Source of the DNA: Methanothermobacter thermautotrophicus str. Delta H
GTDB lineage: Archaea; Methanobacteriota; Methanobacteria; Methanobacteriales; Methanothermobacteraceae
Assembly (NCBI RefSeq): GCF_000008645.1
Contig: NC_000916.1
Location: 1,440,001 to 1,472,000, forward strand
Length of the DNA stretch: 32,000 bases
Direction of reading: 5' to 3'
Within the stretch, counting starts at the first letter, position 1; the number at the start of each line of letters is the position of its first letter. The notes under the pieces were generated by a model. That model was not told where the DNA came from. It searched no databases and saw only the letters and a list, made by a program, of their open reading frames with translations. The translations under genes were made by a program, and so were the position numbers. Positions 28,126 to 32,000 of this stretch are shown in pieces.

Positions 28126-29700
28126 TCAGGGCCTGACCCCGGGAAGTGGTATGTCCTCCCCTTCAACCATGAACTCCAGGAGGCGGGGTTCACCTGACTC
28201 AAGGGCCCTCTCCACGGCACCTGAGACATCTTCCAACCTGAGGATCCTCTCCGCACCTATACCGTAGGCATCTGCAAGTCTAATGAAATCAGGGTTCTTC
28301 AGTTCAACAGAGTAACTGGTGCCGTAGTTCATCTCCTGCCACTGCCTTATAACATCGAGCTTCTGGTTATTCAGGATGCACATGGTGATGGGCAGCTCCA
28401 GCTCAGCAACGGTGCCAAGTTCCTGGATAGTCATCTGAAATCCGCCGTCACCCGCTATCATGATGACATCCCTGGATGGGTCTGCAAGCTTTGCACCGAT
28501 GGCCGCCGGGAGACCGTAACCCATGGGCCCGAAGCCACCGGAGAATATGAGGGATCTCTCACGGAGAACCCGCCGGTGGAGGGTCACCCAGGTGGTGTGG
28601 CTACCGGCATCGTTGACTATGGTGGCATCGGGGGCTGCATCAAGGATACCCCTCACAGCAGATGATGTTACAAATGCACCCCCACCGGGGGGCTGTAACT
28701 CACTGATGGGCGGGTTATCCCTCCGGTAGGCTGCAAGTTCCTTAAACCACCCCTCCGGTCCTTTTAATTCAGGCAGTTCCCTCAGGAAATCCCCCACATC
28801 CATCTCCAGCACAACATCACCCCTCAGTACAGAGGGGTCAGTGTTGACGTGTATTACGCGGGGATTTCCTGTGGCTGCCAGGGTCCTCTCTGAGAGCCTC
28901 GCCCCGAGGACCAGGAGAACGTCGCAGTTCCCTGCAGCATGGTTAGCTGCCGGGGTCCCCCGGGTACCGGTCATTCCCAGGCAGAGTGGATGGTCCTCGG
29001 GTATAACACCCCTTGCACTGTAGGTGGTCACCACCGGGATCCTGGCATTCTCTATGAATTCCCTGAACTCACCAACGGCGTTCCCCCAGATTACACCACC
29101 ACCTGCAAGTATAAGGGGCCTTCTCGCGGATCCCAGAAGTTCCAGCGCTCTGCTCATGTCTGGAAGCTCCCTAAACACTTCAGATGGCCCCACAGGGGGG
29201 CATGCATCCTCTTCAAGGACGTCCCTTGGCAGGTTTATGTGTATGACACCGGTAAGCCCCCTCCTGAGGGAGCTTATGGAGTCAGCCAGCATCATGGAGG
29301 CCTCATCACCACTCCCCGGGGTCATGCTCATCCTTGTAAGGGCTCTGAAAACCGCCTCAAGGTCAACCTCCTGGAACCTGCCGGGGCCCCCACCCCGTGG
29401 CAGGTCACCGGTCATGGCAATGAGGGGTACGGAATCTGTGCTGGCTGCAGCCACACCCATCACAAGATTAAGGGCGCCAGGTCCTCCGGTGGCAACACAG
29501 ACCCCCGGTCCTCCAGAGGCCCTGGCGTAGCCATCTGCGGCGTGGACGGCTCCCTGTTCGTGTCTCATGAGAACATGTTCAAGCCCGGATTTTCTGAGGG
29601 CCTCATAGAGTGGCAGTATCTGTTCACCCGGGTGCCCGAAGATATGGGTGAAACCAGCTTCCTCCAGGATCCCTGCAAGGACCTCCGCACACATCTTCAT
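28126..29700 (-). CDS. Acetolactate synthase large-subunit-like thiamine-diphosphate enzyme
   Basis: From ATG 29700: MKMCAEVLAGILEEAGFTHIFGHPGEQILPLYEALRKSGLEHVLMRHEQGAVHAADGYARASG (catalytic Glu) ... IMIAGDGGFQMTIQELGTVAELELPITMCILNN (ThDP motif). Track extension to 30057 overlaps acs and is not supported. Confidence 0.88.
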   Translation of the reverse strand: MKMCAEVLAGILEEAGFTHIFGHPGEQILPLYEALRKSGLEHVLMRHEQGAVHAADGYARASGGPGVCVATGGPGALNLVMGVAAASTDSVPLIAMTGDLPRGGGPGRFQEVDLEAVFRALTRMSMTPGSGDEASMMLADSISSLRRGLTGVIHINLPRDVLEEDACPPVGPSEVFRELPDMSRALELLGSARRPLILAGGGVIWGNAVGEFREFIENARIPVVTTYSARGVIPEDHPLCLGMTGTRGTPAANHAAGNCDVLLVLGARLSERTLAATGNPRVIHVNTDPSVLRGDVVLEMDVGDFLRELPELKGPEGWFKELAAYRRDNPPISELQPPGGGAFVTSSAVRGILDAAPDATIVNDAGSHTTWVTLHRRVLRERSLIFSGGFGPMGYGLPAAIGAKLADPSRDVIMIAGDGGFQMTIQELGTVAELELPITMCILNNQKLDVIRQWQEMNYGTSYSVELKNPDFIRLADAYGIGAERILRLEDVSGAVERALESGEPRLLEFMVEGEDIPLPGVRP

Positions 29701-29769
29701 GCACCCATCTATATTCTGCCAACTATTTAAATCATGAATTAAAAAAATATTAACAGAAGGGGGTTGTTT
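29701..29769. promoter_or_regulatory. Divergent promoter region between ilvB-like and acs genes
   Basis: 69-bp AT-rich spacer containing ACTATTTAAATC and TTAAAAAAATATTAA, plausible TATA elements for each direction. Confidence 0.45.
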
Positions 29770-31730
29770 ATGAGAGGACAGCTTGATGCTCTGCTCAGGG
29801 AGGAAAGGGTTTTTAATCCAGACGAGGAACTTGCAGAAAACAGCAATATAAGGGCCTGGATGGACGCCCGGGGTATTGGGGGTTATGATGAGCTCCTTGA
29901 GAGGGCCAGCTCTGACCCTGAGTGGTTCTGGGATGAGATGGCATCTGAACTCGAATGGTTCAGACCCTACACCAGGGTCCTTGAATGGGAACCACCCCAT
30001 GCCCGCTGGTTCACAGGCGGGAAATTCAACATCACATACAGTGCCCTTGACAGGCATGTTATGGGTCCTGAGAGAAACAGGGTGGCATATATATGGGAGG
30101 GTGAGGATGGTAGCGTCCGGAAGCTCACCTACTATGACCTCTACAGGGAGGTTAACCGCCTGGCCAATGCCCTTAAGGATATGGGTGTCTCAAGGGGGGA
30201 CCGCGTCAGCATATACCTCCCCATGATACCGGAACTCCCCATAGCCATGCTCGCCTGTGCACGTATAGGTGCAGTCCACAGTGTAGTGTTCAGCGGCTTC
30301 TGGGCCAAGGCCTTCAGGGAGAGGGCTGCAGATGCCGGGGCAAAGGTTGCGATCACTGCAGACGCATTCTACCGCAGGGGTAAGGTAATAAGACTCAAGG
30401 AAACCCTTGATATGGTCGCAGATGAGATCCCCTCCCTTGAGAGGGTCATAGTCGTGAACCGCATGGGGGATGATGTCAGCATGGTGGATGGGAGGGATAT
30501 CTACTGGAGCGAGGCTGTTGAGGGCATGGACGATGAATGTCCCTGCCAGGAGCTTGACCCTGAGGATCCCCTCTTCATACTCTACACCTCTGGCACGACG
30601 GGTAAACCAAAGGGTGTTGTGCACACCCATGGGGGCTACGCCGTGGGTGTGAGCTCTACCTACAGGTTCGTCTTCGATGTTAAGGACCAGGACATATGGT
30701 GGTGTCTGGCTGACATAGGATGGATAACGGGTCACAGCTACATAGTCTACGCCCCCCTCATTGAGGGTGCAACCTCGGTCATCTATGAGGGTGCACCTGA
30801 TCACCCGGATCCTGGAAGGATATGGAGCATGGTTGAGAGGTACGGTGTCAGCATCCTCTACACAGCACCCACGACGGTGAGGCTCTTCATGAAATATGGG
30901 GACAAGTGGCCTGAGAAGTATGACCTCAGAACACTCAGAATACTGGGGTCCGTTGGGAACCCATAAACCCCGAGGCCTGGATGTGGTACTACCGGACCGT
31001 TGGTGGTGGCAGATGCCCCATCATGGATACCTGGTGGCAGACAGAGACCGGGATGCACATAATAACACCCCTCCCTGTGACACCCCTGAAGCCGGGTTCC
31101 GCAGGAAAACCATTCCCCACGGTGATAGCCGACGTTGTGGATGATGAGGGGAGGAGTCTGCGTGGAAGCGGAGGCCACCTTGTGATAAAAACACCGTGGC
31201 CTGCAATGTTCAGGACACTCTTCAGGGAGCCTGAGAGGTATGTGGATGCCTACTGGAGCACATTTCCGGGCATCTACCTCAGCGGTGATGTTGCAAGGAT
31301 AGATGAGGATGGTTACTTCTGGATCCAGGGCAGGGAGGACGATGTCCTCAACGTTGCAGGGCACAGGATAAGCACTGCAGAGGTTGAATCAGCCCTTGTG
31401 AGCCATCCTGATGTTGTTGAGGCTGCGGTGGTTGGAAAACCTGACATCCTCAGGGGAGAGGAGATAGCGGCCTTCGTTACTCTGAGGGATAAAGTGGAGC
31501 CCACACCCCGCCTCAAGGGTGTTCTGCGTGAACATGTGCGGAGGGAGATAGGTCCCATTGCAAGTCCCAGTTACATAGAGTTCGTTGAGGACCTTCCAAA
31601 GACAAGGTCAGGTAAGATAATGAGGAGGGTGATAAAGGCCATTGTGAGGGGTGAGGATGTGGGTGATGTCAGCACCCTCTCAAACCCGGAATCAGTGAGT
31701 ATGCTGGAGGACAGGGTCCGTACATTCTGA
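29770..31730 (+). pseudogene. acs: AMP-forming acetyl-CoA synthetase, split by a single-base loss in a G run at 30955-30957 (authentic frameshift or sequencing error)
   Basis: Frame 1 (29764..30966) ends ...[10 protein letters not shown]. Frame 3 resumes across the junction; one extra G gives [37 protein letters not shown]. The second half carries the remaining AMP-binding motifs and SGKIMRR catalytic lysine. Confidence 0.93.
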
Positions 31731-31759
31731 TGATGTCATCAGACAATTCTTTTTTATCG

Positions 31760-31849
31760 GAGAATCAGTACTGGTTTTCATGCCAGGCATACCGTTGCCA
31801 GTATGCCATTTGCCGATGGGAGAATCAGTTTTATTGGTTTTCATGCAGG
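31760..31849 (+). repeat. Imperfect direct repeat pair (60-bp period) surrounding a hairpin-capable inverted repeat
   Basis: GAGAATCAGTACTGGTTTTCATGCCAGG (31760..31787) and GAGAATCAGTTTTATTGGTTTTCATGCAGG (31820..31849). GGCATAC (31786..31792) pairs with GTATGCC (31801..31807). Confidence 0.7.
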
Positions 31850-31962
31850 TTTTATTTTTCATCCGCGCCGCTTTCAGTTCATCAGAGGCCCGTATTTTTT
31901 GGAGAGCTTATGATGTCGTCCTGGAAGTTTTTTCGTGGCATTGCTGACTGGGAGGGCTGTCC

Positions 31963-32000
31963 ATGAACTTTCACTCTGACCACTCAGTAAAAACTGGCCT
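31963..32000 (+). CDS. Possible start of next gene (truncated at window edge)
   Basis: GGGAGGG-CTGTCC-ATG AAC TTT CAC TCT GAC CAC TCA GTA AAA ACT GG: good RBS plus open frame, but only 12 codons visible. Confidence 0.35.
   Translation, partial: MNFHSDHSVKTG

Noticed and set aside
28126-30057. 643-aa version of the ThDP enzyme
   Set aside because: The first ~119 aa are the antisense of acs and the divergent promoter. Homologous sequence starts at MKMCAEVLAG (29700).
30190-31364. Large minus-strand ORFs within acs (204, 168 aa)
   Set aside because: Antisense shadow ORFs of a conserved high-GC coding region, with low-complexity composition and no family resemblance.
31726-31745. C/D-box sRNA candidate (CTGATGATG...)
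   Set aside because: A C-box-like TGATGA is present but is part of the acs stop and palindrome; no properly spaced C'/D' and D boxes or guide could be recognised.

Overview
This 32 kb window is archaeal. Gene content and order, plus close matches to well-known proteins (561-aa ATP-dependent DNA ligase, beta-class carbonic anhydrase Cab, ThiC, S3Ae, Cdc6, RtcB/archease), point to Methanothermobacter, most likely M. thermautotrophicus. That assignment is from memory; no search was run. It reads as a dense housekeeping region: cofactor and nucleotide-sugar genes (thiC, two glmM paralogs, glmU, gamma-CA-like, hisC, apgM, mptE), redox genes (glutaredoxin, FTR-beta/rubredoxin-like), and information-processing genes (lig, rtcB, archease, cdc6, rps3ae). 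It also holds an intron-containing elongator tRNA-Met and a divergent ilvB-like/acs pair. I saw no CRISPR array, transposon, prophage or obvious defence island, and I do not claim a new system. The signals most worth a second look are: (1) three CDSs each interrupted by an apparent single-base loss (ASCH-TPR protein, NifX-like protein, acetyl-CoA synthetase); two have part of the reading frame missing from simple ORF calls. (2) A 136-bp tract identical at 135 positions between the two otherwise diverged, oppositely oriented glmM paralogs, suggesting recent gene conversion. (3) A hidden ASCH domain fused to TPRs. (4) A bulge-helix-bulge intron in tRNA-Met in the same window as RtcB/archease. 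(5) A 52-bp imperfect tandem duplication crossing a stop codon upstream of glmM. (6) A repeat/hairpin-rich region with an in-frame duplicated, aromatic/Cys-rich small ORF after acs.
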